Shown one piece after another: positions 43,498 to 54,233 of a DNA stretch of 64,000 nt. The position numbers were made by a program, and so were the translations under genes. The notes beneath the pieces are model-generated. The model saw only the letters and a program-made list of their open reading frames with translations. It made no database searches and had not been told where the DNA came from. Within the stretch, counting starts at the first letter, position 1. Every line of letters starts with the position of its first letter. Origin of the DNA: Bdellovibrionales bacterium (lineage in GTDB: Bacteria; Bdellovibrionota; Bdellovibrionia; Bdellovibrionales; UBA1609); the NCBI GenBank assembly GCA_965203095.1, contig OZ241877.1, positions 256,001 through 320,000 of the forward strand. The letters run 5' to 3'.

Positions 43498-45047
43498 ACA
43501 ACCTGAAGTTTAAGAATGCGATCAATTCGAAAGGAGCGATCAGCCCTCGCTGTCTGACAAAAAGCCTTTAAACCCTGATATGGCTTTCCCTGATAATCCA
43601 TATCACCAACAAACAGAGGCTCAACTGTTCTTTGAGATTCTTCATTGTTGGCTTTAAGATAAGTGATTTTTAAACTCTTCTTTTCATCAATGGCTTCTTG
43701 AATCATTTTGATTTTACTTGCTCCCGACATTTCCTTTTCCGCCTTTTTATATTTATGCTGGGTTAAAAAATCAAAAATGCGGTAATCCGTTCGAATATAC
43801 TGTTTTTTAAAAGCCGATTTCAAAATCAAACCCTCAAAAGAGGAGCAACGGCTAAGAGCCACATAAGCCTGCCCACTAACAAACATTCCCTGGCTCAAAT
43901 CCAAAATGACCCGATCATAAGTTTTTCCCTGACTTTTATGAATAGTAATAGCCCAAGCCAAACGGAAAGGGAACTGGACAAAAGCTCCCACTGGTTCTGA
44001 AATAATAGATTTCTTTTTTTGGGAAAAAGAAAATTTATAAATCTCCCATCGGTAAGGATAAACAGAGACCAACTTATTTTCAGGATAAAGACAAACAGAG
44101 AGTCGCTCTTTATTTGAGTCAAAAGCCTCAATAATCCCAATACTCCCATTCACCCATCGTTTTTTTGAATCATTGTTGAGAAGCATAATTTGAGAACCCA
44201 ATTTGAATCGCAACTCCAATTGAGTGGGCCAGCTATCTTTTCCTAAATCCCCTTCAATAAAAGCGGTAGAGCTGTAGACTCGCCCTTTAAGGCCCTTTAG
44301 TTTTTCCTGATTGATGCGATCAGCTATCATATTGCGGGAGCTTAAAGTGATATAAAACTCCCCTTTTTTAGCTTTAAAATCAGGTTTATAACGACGGTTA
44401 AGGGCTGTAATGTCCTGGGGCCGGGTGCTGTTATTCCGAATGCGGTTTAATAGATGGATAAATTTTTGATCTTTTTGCCTATAGATCTTTTCCAGCTCAA
44501 TAATTTCTATATTAAAATTATCAAAAGCCTTACAACTGAAAAAAAATGGGCTTTCATAATGAGCTGAAAAAAACTCTTGCTCCTTAGACGAAACCACAGG
44601 AGGCAGTTGATAGAGATCACCAATAAAGATCATTTGAACACCGCCAAAAGGAAAACCCTGCTTAGGGCCAAATTTTTGAAGAAAAGCCTGCACGCAGTCC
44701 AAAAGATCGGCCCGAACCATTGAAATTTCATCAATAATCAAAACTTTAAGCTTTTTATAAAGTTCAGCCTGCTTGGGCTTTTTCATTTTTTTGACCGAAT
44801 CCAATGTCACATCAATATAAAACTTGAAAAAACTGTGGATAGTTTGCCCTTTAACATTTAAAGCCGCGGCCCCAGTGGGGGCTAAAACCACCGCCTTTCT
44901 TTTGGAATGAGCATAAAAATATTCCAACAGAGTGGACTTTCCCGTTCCCGCCCTTCCTGTAATAAACAGATTTTTTTTGCCCTCTTCCATCAGCTTAAGG
45001 GCATATTGAAATTGAGGATTGAGATCTAATTTTTCCGGCTGTGGCAT
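43494..45047 (-). CDS. Pif1/RecD-like SF1B helicase with a C-terminal WYL domain
   Basis: GRAGTGKS, APTG.AA, IIDEISM, GDLYQLPPV, QFPFRLAWAITIHKSQG, YVALSR; C-terminal I.Y..RTVEP..AFC..RSFRIDRI. Confidence 0.9.
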   Translation of the reverse strand: MPQPEKLDLNPQFQYALKLMEEGKKNLFITGRAGTGKSTLLEYFYAHSKRKAVVLAPTGAAALNVKGQTIHSFFKFYIDVTLDSVKKMKKPKQAELYKKLKVLIIDEISMVRADLLDCVQAFLQKFGPKQGFPFGGVQMIFIGDLYQLPPVVSSKEQEFFSAHYESPFFFSCKAFDNFNIEIIELEKIYRQKDQKFIHLLNRIRNNSTRPQDITALNRRYKPDFKAKKGEFYITLSSRNMIADRINQEKLKGLKGRVYSSTAFIEGDLGKDSWPTQLELRFKLGSQIMLLNNDSKKRWVNGSIGIIEAFDSNKERLSVCLYPENKLVSVYPYRWEIYKFSFSQKKKSIISEPVGAFVQFPFRLAWAITIHKSQGKTYDRVILDLSQGMFVSGQAYVALSRCSSFEGLILKSAFKKQYIRTDYRIFDFLTQHKYKKAEKEMSGASKIKMIQEAIDEKKSLKITYLKANNEESQRTVEPLFVGDMDYQGKPYQGLKAFCQTARADRSFRIDRILKLQVV

Positions 45048-45132
45048 CTAATTTTACCCTCTATTGCTTGGCACCAGGGATAACCTTCCTCTAAGTTTTT
45101 AACAGAACTTAACTTTAAATGATTTTGTTGGC

Positions 45133-45360
45133 CTACCTATAACGATAAATAATTAAACCCGTGCTGAGATCTTGAGGCGAAAAACCCACAGTGACCCGGT
45201 CCCCTAAAACCACTTGAATATTGTATCTTCTCATCTTCCCGCAGAGTTTAGCGGAGATCTCCGCACTGTTTTTTTCCAGCTTGACCTTGTAAAGGCCACC
45301 TGCCCCAATATCCGTCACTAAACCGTCAAATTGAGCCAAATCACTTTTTGCCATGTCCAT
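45133..45360 (-). CDS. infA: Translation initiation factor IF-1
   Basis: MAK.D..G.V..GKMRR.NI.V..GDRV.V..SP.DL..G.I.YR. Confidence 0.93.
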   Translation of the reverse strand: MDMAKSDLAQFDGLVTDIGAGGLYKVKLEKNSAEISAKLCGKMRRYNIQVVLGDRVTVGFSPQDLSTGLIIYRYR

Positions 45361-45382
45361 TTAACCTCACTGTAAGGATTTC

Positions 45383-46237
45383 TCAAACCTGAAAGTTGGA
45401 AATAAGAATTTTAGTCCCACCCTCAAACAAAACTTCTAACCTGTTGTTTTTCTGAGAGAGGATAAAACCTCTTCTAAAAACCTTGTGATCAATCACAAAC
45501 ACAGATTCAAAAGATTTTTTCATATCGTAAGGCCGAGCCTTTTGCCCTTTGTGTTTTTCCTTAAGTCTTTGCCATTTCTGAATCTCTTCCGATGATGGCT
45601 GAGTGCTTTCCACAGGTTTTTTGCCTTTTACAAGGCTTTTTTTGACAACTGTTTTTTCAACTTTTTTAGCCGGCGGAGCTAAGGGGGGTTTTTCCTTTAA
45701 AACAGATTCAGCACTAACCTTCTTGTGAGACTTTTTCACTAATTTTGAAGAAGCACCGGCCGAAGGCTTTTTACCTAAAACAGATTCAGCACTAACCTTC
45801 TTGCGAGACTTTTTCACCACTTCCGAAGAAGCACCGGCCGAAGAAGACTTTTTACCTAAAACAGATTCAGCACTAACCTTCTTGCGAGACTTTTTCACCA
45901 CTCCTGAAGAAGCACCGGCCGAAGACTTTTTACCTGAAACAGATGAAACACTGGCTTTTTTACGAGACTTTTTCACCACTTCCGAAGAAGCACCGGCTGA
46001 AGGCTTTTTACCTGAAACAGATGAAACACTAACCTTCTTGCGAGACTTTTTCACCACTTCCGAAGAAGCACCGGCCGAAGAAGACTTTTTACCTAAAACA
46101 GATTTAGCACTAACCTTCTTATGAGGCTTTTTCACTAATTTTGAAGAAGCACTGGCCGAAGACTTTTTCTTTTGACCAGCAGGAGCTTTCCCTTTTTTTT
46201 TAACTGATCGAGAGGCTTTTTTCTTTTTTTCTGCCAT
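45383..46237 (-). CDS. Lys/Ser-rich histone H1-like protein with a globular C-terminal domain
   Basis: About six 26-27 aa repeats (KKSRKKVSAESVLGKKSSSAGASSEVV); C-terminus Y.M..F..HKVF..GFI..NRLEVLF. Confidence 0.8.
   Translation of the reverse strand: MAEKKKKASRSVKKKGKAPAGQKKKSSASASSKLVKKPHKKVSAKSVLGKKSSSAGASSEVVKKSRKKVSVSSVSGKKPSAGASSEVVKKSRKKASVSSVSGKKSSAGASSGVVKKSRKKVSAESVLGKKSSSAGASSEVVKKSRKKVSAESVLGKKPSAGASSKLVKKSHKKVSAESVLKEKPPLAPPAKKVEKTVVKKSLVKGKKPVESTQPSSEEIQKWQRLKEKHKGQKARPYDMKKSFESVFVIDHKVFRRGFILSQKNNRLEVLFEGGTKILISNFQV
45695..46170. repeat. 78/81-bp intragenic tandem repeat, about 6 copies
   Basis: Recurrent TTTTTACCTAAAACAGATTCAGCACTAACCTTCTTGCGAGACTTTTTCACCACTTCCGAAGAAGCACCGGCCGAAG. 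Confidence 0.92.
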
Positions 46238-46436
46238 TATGTTCACCAATATATATTATTCTTAACTTCTTTTGTCCAATAATCCTATAAAACGCTTGAA
46301 GTGTAGGAAAAAAAAACCTTTCCGGCAAGGTTTTTTTAGCTTTTTTTAAAAAATGAGAGACAAAGCAAAATAAAGAGGGATCAAAAATTTTTCTTATAAT
46401 GACAAAAACACAATATCGGAGTAAAATTCCATCATA

Positions 46437-47531
46437 ATGAAGTCAGCCCTTATCCTGTGTGGCGGGAAAGCCACAAGATTAAGACCTTACAGCCACATTC
46501 TACCTAAGGCCTGTATACCTTTTTTAAATTTGCCCTTGCTCTCCTTAAATTGGTTCTACTTAGAGTATTTAAATGTCTCTCGTTTTTTATTAAACAGCCA
46601 TCTTTTTCCTGAAAAATTAAAAAACTGTGTGAGTTTTTTATCCCAACCTGAGCAAGAAAGACATATTTTTTTTGAGGCAGAACCTCTTGGCAGTGCTGGA
46701 ACTTTGCACCGCCTGAAAAAGGAACTCCAAAAAACAAAACAGTTTTTTTATATCAATGGAGATAGCCTGTTTTTCCCCAAAAAAATGAGTTCACTTCTCT
46801 CTTTTGAGAAACATTTTAGCCAAGTAAGGGCCGATGGCTTGCTGTTTTCTGCCCCTGTCCAAAAAATCAATCCCTTGGGCAAATTCTTATGGAGCGATAA
46901 AGATCTCAACTTAAAATTTGTTGGAAGCCAAAAAAATTTGCCTAAAGGCCAAGCTCACAAACTCTTGCCTTTTTACTTCAGTGGCTTGGCTTTATTTAAT
47001 AGCACTTTGTTGGATCATATTTCACCAAAAGCCTTTGATTTGTTTTTGGATTTTATAATGCCTTTGCTCCCTCAAAAAAGCTTTAAAATTTTTGCCGATA
47101 AAGGGGCTTTTATCTTAGAGGCAGGAGACAAGCTCTCTTATATTGAATCCTCCCGATTCTGCATGAATATTTTATTTGATAATGAGAAAACTCAAAACAA
47201 CAATACAGGAAAAAACCAAAAACAAGCCCAAAGCAGGGAGTTTAAAAAAATTCTGGAAATGCTCTTTTCCCGCTTTGACCCCAAAGATCAGCTTGTCGGC
47301 TTAAAGGCGGGAAAGCAAGGTCGTCAAAAATCAGCTCATCCCTTGTTAGCCCCTAACAGTGTTCGCCATCTTAAAAATTTAGAGCTTAAAGGCTTTGCCA
47401 TTTTGGGTCCCGGGACTCATCTGTTCGGGAAAAGCCCTATTAAAGACTCTATTTTAGGCCCTAAAACCCCATGGATCGGAGAATTAACTGAAGATATTAT
47501 AATCCTCCATGAAGCCTGTTTTTTTGTTTGA
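46437..47531 (+). CDS. NDP-sugar pyrophosphorylase-family nucleotidyltransferase
   Basis: ALILCGGKATRLRP.S..PK, EPLGSAG, INGD. Confidence 0.85.
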   Translation: MKSALILCGGKATRLRPYSHILPKACIPFLNLPLLSLNWFYLEYLNVSRFLLNSHLFPEKLKNCVSFLSQPEQERHIFFEAEPLGSAGTLHRLKKELQKTKQFFYINGDSLFFPKKMSSLLSFEKHFSQVRADGLLFSAPVQKINPLGKFLWSDKDLNLKFVGSQKNLPKGQAHKLLPFYFSGLALFNSTLLDHISPKAFDLFLDFIMPLLPQKSFKIFADKGAFILEAGDKLSYIESSRFCMNILFDNEKTQNNNTGKNQKQAQSREFKKILEMLFSRFDPKDQLVGLKAGKQGRQKSAHPLLAPNSVRHLKNLELKGFAILGPGTHLFGKSPIKDSILGPKTPWIGELTEDIIILHEACFFV

Positions 47532-47591
47532 CAATTTTCCTGTTTTTTGATTATCCTTTGCCCAAGGTGGGCATTCTCCTACTTAAAAGTT

Positions 47592-48725
47592 ATGAATATA
47601 GCCATTTTTATTCTTATCACTACCTTTTTGAGTCAGGCCCAAAGTATCCCTATACCCGCTCAAAAACCTGTATTTAGCAATGAGGGCTTAATAGAAAGTT
47701 ATCAAGCAAATCAAACCACAACAGCCCTTGAGGAGGACTGTAACCCCTCTACCACTGCAGAAAGCCTGACACAAATTGGGGAAACTTTAGAAAAGGCCGG
47801 TGAAGCATCTTATCAACTGGATTTTATATGCGAAGTCAAAATCCTCATTGATAAGGAAAATAATAAAATGCAAGAGAGTCGGGCATTTATGTTGAGTTAT
47901 ATCGATAAAAAACCCGAAGATCGCTCACCAGAGGACCACCAAAGGATGACAGAGTTGATGATAAAACACCGTATGCTAAAGGACGAGTCCGGTGTGTCGA
48001 GTAAGCCTAACAGGCTGGGTATAGACTACTTCGTCCCCGCCACACGCTACATCCCACCGGAAGTGACCCAAAGGCAAATTAGGGAGCTAGCAAAAAAACA
48101 TATTGAAAGCGATGGTCCTCCAGATAAATGTCTTTTTTATGTAGGAAAGCAAATTCACACAAAAGACATAAAAAGTGAAGACTGCCGAAATGAGATTATG
48201 AGTAAAGTTCAACCCATTCCTGCCCCTCTCATACTCAGCCAATGTGCTTTAGAGTCGGGATGGGGGGAAAATCAAGAACATGACAATATTATTGGACTTC
48301 AAGTCCAATTTAAAGACCCCAGCACCATGACTCCTTCGGTATATCCTAACTGCCGAAGGGCAAAAAAAGATCCTCACCGTTGTATGTTAAAATTTAATGG
48401 TTATGAAGGTTCCATAGATGAGTATTTTTCAAGGTTTAATGCCGCCCATCTTGCAGGATATCAAAGATATAGAGTGAATCGTCTCAAATTATATGAGAAT
48501 AACCAGGGGAACTCTGATGCATGTGAGATGGCTAAAAAACTTCTCCCTTCTGTCAAAGGCTACGCTGAAGATGAAAAATATCTTCCTCATATTAAGGGAA
48601 TGTTAGATAACAAAATATGCAATATGATGGAAAAATGCGAAAATCAAAGTGCCAAACAAAAAACCAATATCAAAAATTATCAGCCGGACAAAAAACCAAG
48701 GCTGTCAGCCAAAGCCCTCAAATAA
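47592..48725 (+). CDS. Secreted glucosaminidase-domain protein (GH73/FlgJ/Bax-like)
   Basis: Signal peptide; IPAPLILSQCALESGWG, NIIG, GYAED..Y. Confidence 0.78.
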   Translation: MNIAIFILITTFLSQAQSIPIPAQKPVFSNEGLIESYQANQTTTALEEDCNPSTTAESLTQIGETLEKAGEASYQLDFICEVKILIDKENNKMQESRAFMLSYIDKKPEDRSPEDHQRMTELMIKHRMLKDESGVSSKPNRLGIDYFVPATRYIPPEVTQRQIRELAKKHIESDGPPDKCLFYVGKQIHTKDIKSEDCRNEIMSKVQPIPAPLILSQCALESGWGENQEHDNIIGLQVQFKDPSTMTPSVYPNCRRAKKDPHRCMLKFNGYEGSIDEYFSRFNAAHLAGYQRYRVNRLKLYENNQGNSDACEMAKKLLPSVKGYAEDEKYLPHIKGMLDNKICNMMEKCENQSAKQKTNIKNYQPDKKPRLSAKALK

Positions 48726-48733
48726 AAAAAGCT

Positions 48734-49843
48734 ATGATTTCAATTTTTAAAAAGCCTGCCTTAAGTTTTCCGAAAGTCTTTTCCCTAACTATAATAAAAA
48801 CCCTCATTCTGTCCGGATCTGTTTTTTTTAAAAAAACCGCTGAAGCCCAAAATTGTTCCCCAAGGAGCCACTCAGCAGTTATTGTCATGTATCATCGCTT
48901 TGACGGCAAACATCCCTCTACAAGTGTGACAAAGGCCCTGCTCAGGGGCCATCTTCAGTTTTTCCGCTCTAATGGCTTATCAATAGTCCCCCTAAACCGC
49001 ATTGTTCAAGCTTTAAAAAGAGGGGGGCCTCTTCCTAAAAAAACTTTAGCCATCACTATAGATGACGCTTACCGATCCTTGTATGAAATAGCTCATCCTC
49101 TATTTGTAAAACAAAGGATTCCTTATACTGTTTTTGTCAATACCCAAGCCATTGATCAGTCTTTAAAAGACTATATGACATGGGGCCAGTTAAAGGAAAT
49201 CTCCCGCTCAGGCTTAGCCCACTTAGAAGCCCATGGCCATAGCCACAGCTACATGATAAGGAGTATGAACCCTCAGCAAAGGGAAAGGGATATTAGAACC
49301 TCCGTCCTCCGCCTTTATGAAAATACCGGCCGATGGCCTCAATACTTTGCCTACCCTTATGGAGAAACCTCCCAACAATTTATAAAAGAGTTAAAAAACT
49401 ACCGCTGGAATTTGCAAGGGAGGCCTTTTAAATTTTCCGCTGGCTTTAGCACACAGTCCGGCCCTGCGGGATGTTCTTCTAACTTATTTGCTTTGCCCCG
49501 ATTTGCCTTAAATATGAGATATGGGAAAATTAACGATCTGTTCCGCCACAAAATGATGAGTCGGCATTTGCCTCTTCAAAATTTTTCCCCAAAGGAGCTT
49601 GCCTTGTGCAAAAGCCGGCCCAGAAGGCACTTTTCCCTCACAGCTCAAAAACTCTCTTTAAGAGGCTTAAACTGTTTCGCGTCCAATAGTGGCCTTAAAC
49701 TCCAAGCCAACAAAAATCAGGCAAAAATTATTTTAAATTCCCCCTGGACAAAAGGTTTGAGGCAAAGGCTCAACTGCACCTTGCCGGATGGCCAAGGACG
49801 AGTTTTTTGGTTAGGAAAAGAGTTCACTCTATTGGACTGTTAA
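48734..49843 (+). CDS. Polysaccharide deacetylase (CE4/NodB)
   Basis: MYHRF, AITIDDAY, HGHSH, FAYPYGE, LPRF. Confidence 0.9.
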   Translation: MISIFKKPALSFPKVFSLTIIKTLILSGSVFFKKTAEAQNCSPRSHSAVIVMYHRFDGKHPSTSVTKALLRGHLQFFRSNGLSIVPLNRIVQALKRGGPLPKKTLAITIDDAYRSLYEIAHPLFVKQRIPYTVFVNTQAIDQSLKDYMTWGQLKEISRSGLAHLEAHGHSHSYMIRSMNPQQRERDIRTSVLRLYENTGRWPQYFAYPYGETSQQFIKELKNYRWNLQGRPFKFSAGFSTQSGPAGCSSNLFALPRFALNMRYGKINDLFRHKMMSRHLPLQNFSPKELALCKSRPRRHFSLTAQKLSLRGLNCFASNSGLKLQANKNQAKIILNSPWTKGLRQRLNCTLPDGQGRVFWLGKEFTLLDC

Positions 49844-49951
49844 AAAATCTATAGAATCTGACTGGCGGGCCGGACAGCCCCACTATTAAAAAAATCATGA
49901 AATTTTTAGAATGTCTTGATTTTTTATTTTTATCTGATACACTTGCTTTTT

Positions 49952-51946
49952 ATGAAAATGAAAAAACCAAAAGTCCAAAAACGGCAAAAAGTCTTCATTT
50001 TTTGGGCGAGTTTCGCACTTATTGGGCTTTTTTTCTACCATTTTTACGAGCAAGTCCAAAAAACTCAAGCTAAAGACTTTAACTATCCCAAGTTTCTTCA
50101 AGCTGTAGAACAGGATATGGTTGTCAAAAACAGTGTGATCTTCAACACCACTTCTAAGGAGATAATAGGCCAACTCACCCCTGCGGGCAAAAAAAAGTTT
50201 GGGGGTAAAAATTTTCTTATTGAAGGGAATGTGGACGACAAAGGTTTTGAAATTTTGAGGAATAATGGGATCACCCCCTCCTATAACAATAAGGACAATA
50301 AATTTTGGGCCACTCTTCTTTTGAGCTGGATTCCTATTCTTCTCCTGTTAGGGGTTTTTGTGTTTTTTATTCGCCAACTGCAAATAGGAAGCGGAAGAGC
50401 TTTTTCCTTTGGAAAGAGCCGGGCCCGGCTGATTTTAAACAAAGGAAAAATCACTTTTAAAGATGTGGCCGGCATTAAAGAGGCCAAAGAAGAGCTGAAA
50501 GAGATTGTGGAGTTTTTAAAAAGTCCCAAAAAATTCACTAAGCTTGGGGGTGAGATACCTAAAGGGGTCTTGCTTATTGGCCCTCCGGGAACAGGGAAAA
50601 CTTTACTCGCTCGTGCAGTGGCTGGGGAGGCCAAAGTGCCTTTTTTTACTATCTCTGGTTCCGATTTTGTGGAGGTTTTTGTAGGGGTTGGAGCCTCAAG
50701 GGTGAGAGATCTTTTTACTCAGGGGAAAAAAAATGCCCCCTGCCTGATTTTTATTGATGAGATTGATGCCGTAGGCCGGCACCGGGGAGCCGGTATGGGT
50801 GGAGGCCATGACGAAAGGGAGCAAACCCTCAATCAGCTTTTAGTGGAAATGGACGGTTTTGAAAGCCAACAAGGGGTGATTCTCATAGCGGCCACCAATC
50901 GCCCTGATGTTTTGGATCCTGCCCTTTTAAGGCCTGGCCGGTTTGACAGGAAAGTGATAGTCAGTCTCCCCGATCTTAAGGAAAGGGAGCAAATTTTAAA
51001 GGTGCATATTAAAAAAATCCCTTTGTCCTCTCAAGTGAGTCTCAATAAAATTGCCAGAGGCACACCGGGTTTTTCCGGAGCGGATCTCAAAAATCTAATT
51101 AACGAAGCCAGTTTGATGGCCGCCTTCCACAACAAACTCAAAGTGGAGATGGAGGATTTAGAAAATGCCAGGGACAAGGTGATGATGGGCTCTGAGCGAA
51201 AATCCTTTATAATGAGCGAAGAGGATAAAAAAATCACTGCTTATCACGAGGCCGGACATGCCATTGTGGGGAAAAGCCTTCCACTTTTAGATCCTATTCA
51301 CAAAGTGACTATTGTTCCGAGGGGAATGGCCCTTGGTGTCACACAAACACTTCCTAAAGAGGACCTACTCAATATGAGTAAGCAAAAAGCCAAAAACTTT
51401 TTATCTTTCCTGTTTGGGGGCCGAGTGGCGGAAGAGGAGATTTTTAAGGACTTTACCAGTGGGGCCAGCAATGACATTCAAAAAGCTACAGACTTGGCTC
51501 GCCGGATGACTTGCGAATGGGGAATGAGTGATAAAATTGGCCCTTTGTTTCTCGATCAGGGAAATTCTTCCATTTTTGTTGGAAAAAACTATAACCTCTC
51601 CACAACATATTCTGAAGAGAGTGCCAAAAATGTTGACAGCGAAATCAGCTCATTCATCCAAAACGCCTATAAAAAAGCCCAATCTATAATTAAGGAAAAG
51701 TTGAGCCAACTCCACATAATGGCCTCAGCTCTTTTAAAATTTGAAACTATTGACTCTGAAGAGGTGGATATGATTATGAAAGGCAAAAACCTCTCTGATT
51801 TGAGCCTTTACAGGAAGAAAATGTCAGACAAATTAGATGAGGAAAGGCAGGCCAGCAAAACTGAAGATAAAATCAAAAACAAGAAAAAGAAAAAGAAGAA
51901 AACACCGAACCCCTTAAGTGGCCCTGCACTTCCCAGCCCTGTATAA
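49952..51946 (+). CDS. ftsH: ATP-dependent zinc metalloprotease FtsH
   Basis: Two TM helices, [27 protein letters not shown]. Confidence 0.98.
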   Translation: MKMKKPKVQKRQKVFIFWASFALIGLFFYHFYEQVQKTQAKDFNYPKFLQAVEQDMVVKNSVIFNTTSKEIIGQLTPAGKKKFGGKNFLIEGNVDDKGFEILRNNGITPSYNNKDNKFWATLLLSWIPILLLLGVFVFFIRQLQIGSGRAFSFGKSRARLILNKGKITFKDVAGIKEAKEELKEIVEFLKSPKKFTKLGGEIPKGVLLIGPPGTGKTLLARAVAGEAKVPFFTISGSDFVEVFVGVGASRVRDLFTQGKKNAPCLIFIDEIDAVGRHRGAGMGGGHDEREQTLNQLLVEMDGFESQQGVILIAATNRPDVLDPALLRPGRFDRKVIVSLPDLKEREQILKVHIKKIPLSSQVSLNKIARGTPGFSGADLKNLINEASLMAAFHNKLKVEMEDLENARDKVMMGSERKSFIMSEEDKKITAYHEAGHAIVGKSLPLLDPIHKVTIVPRGMALGVTQTLPKEDLLNMSKQKAKNFLSFLFGGRVAEEEIFKDFTSGASNDIQKATDLARRMTCEWGMSDKIGPLFLDQGNSSIFVGKNYNLSTTYSEESAKNVDSEISSFIQNAYKKAQSIIKEKLSQLHIMASALLKFETIDSEEVDMIMKGKNLSDLSLYRKKMSDKLDEERQASKTEDKIKNKKKKKKKTPNPLSGPALPSPV

Positions 51947-51979
51947 ATAATTATTTGTGAAAAAAAATTATAGTATGTT

Positions 51980-53347
51980 ATGAGTTTTTCCAAAAAAGAA
52001 AAAAAGCTTTTTGGCACTGATGGGATCCGTGGGAGGGCCGGCACCTTCCCCATCACACCGGACATTGCCTTAAGGGTAGGGCAGGCCTTAGGTGCTCTTT
52101 TAAAAAAGAAATATTCAGAGGAAAAGCAACACACTGTTTTAATTGGGAAAGACACCCGCCTTTCCGGCTATATGTTAGAACAGGCACTGGCCAGTGGCCT
52201 CAACTCTATGGGGATTTCTGTTCAACTGACAGGCCCTCTGCCCACTCCGGGAATTGGTTTTTTGGCTCAAAATATGAGAGTTTCTGCCGGCCTGGTGATC
52301 TCTGCTTCTCACAATCCCTATTACGACAATGGCATAAAAATCTTTCTTGCAGACGGATTTAAAATCTCAAACCAAGAGGAGAGGGAAATAGAGGAGATGG
52401 TTTTTGCCAACAATTTTAAAACAGCAGGGCAAGAGCCGGGCAGAACTCGAAGGATCGTAGACTCCGCCGGCCGATACATTGTTTTTGCTAAAAACAGTTT
52501 TCCTAAAAATCAAAACTTAAAAAATATGAAAATTGTTTTAGATTGTGCTAACGGTTCTGCCTATAAAGTGGCACCGGCCATATTTAATGAGTTGGGGGCT
52601 GAACTGATAGGCTTAAGTCAAGAGCCTAATGGATACAATATCAATAAAAACTCTGGGGCCTTGTATCCAGAAAAAATAGCTCAAGCTGTTTTAAAACATA
52701 AGGCCGATGTGGGCTTGAGTTTGGATGGGGACGGCGACCGCCTGATCATGGCGGATGAAAAAGGCCGTATTTTAAATGGTGATCATATTTTAGGGATTTG
52801 CTCTATTTATCTTAAAAGCCAAAACCGCCTTCCTCAAGAGCGAGTGGTGCTGACACAAATTTCCAACAGTGGCTTAGAAGAGAGCTTAAGCCTTTATGGA
52901 ATCTCCGTTATCCGAACCGATGTGGGGGATCGAAATGTAGTGGAGGCTATGAGGAAAAACAAAATTTATCTTGGAGGAGAGCCTTCCGGCCATATTATTT
53001 TTCTTGACCACAGCAAAACAGGGGACGGCTGTATTGCAGGTTTAAATGTTTTGGCAGTGATGAGGGAGAATCATCAAAAGCTATCCTGCTTAAGAGATCA
53101 AATTAAAGAAAAACCTCAGGTTTTTTTAAAAATTCGAACAAGGCAAAAAATAGATCTGGAATCTCTTCCCGGCTACAAAGATCTGTTGGATTCGATCCAA
53201 AAGGAGCTGAAGGCAGAGGGGAGAATTTTAATTCGTTTTTCCGGCACAGAACCACTGATAAGAATATTTGTGGAGGGCCCTTCGCTCTCTCTTATTCAAG
53301 ATTTGGCAAAAAGAATCCAATCTTTTTTAGAGCGGAATTTGCCTTAA
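51980..53347 (+). CDS. glmM: Phosphoglucosamine mutase
   Basis: FGTDGIRG, SASHNP, DGDGDR, GGEPSGH, RFSGTEP. Confidence 0.97.
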   Translation: MSFSKKEKKLFGTDGIRGRAGTFPITPDIALRVGQALGALLKKKYSEEKQHTVLIGKDTRLSGYMLEQALASGLNSMGISVQLTGPLPTPGIGFLAQNMRVSAGLVISASHNPYYDNGIKIFLADGFKISNQEEREIEEMVFANNFKTAGQEPGRTRRIVDSAGRYIVFAKNSFPKNQNLKNMKIVLDCANGSAYKVAPAIFNELGAELIGLSQEPNGYNINKNSGALYPEKIAQAVLKHKADVGLSLDGDGDRLIMADEKGRILNGDHILGICSIYLKSQNRLPQERVVLTQISNSGLEESLSLYGISVIRTDVGDRNVVEAMRKNKIYLGGEPSGHIIFLDHSKTGDGCIAGLNVLAVMRENHQKLSCLRDQIKEKPQVFLKIRTRQKIDLESLPGYKDLLDSIQKELKAEGRILIRFSGTEPLIRIFVEGPSLSLIQDLAKRIQSFLERNLP

Positions 53348-53443
53348 TCCTTCCCCTTAGCCTGTCTTTCCTAATTGGTGGTTCTATTGCTTTGTGCTAC
53401 TGATTGGAACTTTTTAGTTAAAGAGTCACTCTATTTTCATAGG

Positions 53444-53659
53444 CTATTGTCTTGCTAAGAGCTTATCCAGCTTTCTATTAAGCTCTTTTTGTCCAGCCTC
53501 AAGCTTTCCTATCCTCTTCTCAAGCTTAGCTATATCCTGTTTCATTGGGTCTATTTGTATTTTTAGTTTTGACTCTAAAATAGAGTTAAAAACAGCCAAA
53601 AGAAAACCTAAAACAGCCATAACTGCTATAACTGTAGAAACTGCAATCATGATCATCAT
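53444..53659 (-). CDS. Small membrane-anchored coiled-coil protein, paralog of 5686-6087
   Basis: TM helix, then IDPMKQDIAKLEKR..KLEAGQ; RBS AAGGAG; upstream region similar to the paralog's. Confidence 0.75.
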   Translation of the reverse strand: MMIMIAVSTVIAVMAVLGFLLAVFNSILESKLKIQIDPMKQDIAKLEKRIGKLEAGQKELNRKLDKLLARQ

Positions 53660-53849
53660 AATAGCTCCTTATGGTTTGAGTTTATATATCTATTATCGGT
53701 CCATTGCCCTGGTCTTTTGCGTGAAAATTTTGATTCATAACAATTAAATTACCTTAAGCTTATTTTTTCCTTGTCTTCAGGTTTTAAAAAGGATATATCG
53801 CTTAAAGCATGAAAATTTATCCATTTTTTATTAACTGAAAGACTTTTTT

Positions 53850-54200
53850 ATGAAAACTAAAATGGCCATTGTTTTTTTTATAACAACAGGGCTGGTTTTT
53901 CAATCCGGTTGTGACTATTTAAGAGATTCTCTTTTTTCTTCTGGATCCCATCAAAAATCTATTAGCCCTGTGCCATACACTGGCCAGGGAGCTGTTTATG
54001 TCCAAAAAAATTGTTGCCCTTGCCAAAGCGGAGGAGAGATTATCCCTTTGGCCCCAGCTCAAGCAAAAAACTATGAGAGCCAACTCCTCTCTTCTTGCCC
54101 TCAAATCCAATGCCCTCATTTGTATAATTGCGAAGATTGGAAACAAAAATGCCAAAATGCAACTTGCTCTGCTAATGTCCAAAAACAAATTCATCGGTGA
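53850..54200 (+). CDS. Small Cys-rich lipoprotein
   Basis: Lipobox-like QSGC; CCPC..C..C..C..C..C. Confidence 0.7.
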   Translation: MKTKMAIVFFITTGLVFQSGCDYLRDSLFSSGSHQKSISPVPYTGQGAVYVQKNCCPCQSGGEIIPLAPAQAKNYESQLLSSCPQIQCPHLYNCEDWKQKCQNATCSANVQKQIHR

Positions 54201-54233
54201 GTTGATTTTCAAGATGAACCACTCTTAAATATA

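Noticed and set aside
45695..46170. Regular repeats as a possible CRISPR array
   Set aside because: Units are contiguous, in-frame coding repeats with no unique spacers, and there are no cas genes. The same applies to 5735-5842.
46411..46420. CCGATAT on the minus strand upstream of the histone-like gene
   Set aside because: No TAAA-like -35 at the proper spacing.
45801..52155. Antisense and alternate-frame ORFs over long genes (e.g. 45801-46124, 50281-50634, 51808-52155)
   Set aside because: They are shadow ORFs of well-supported genes.
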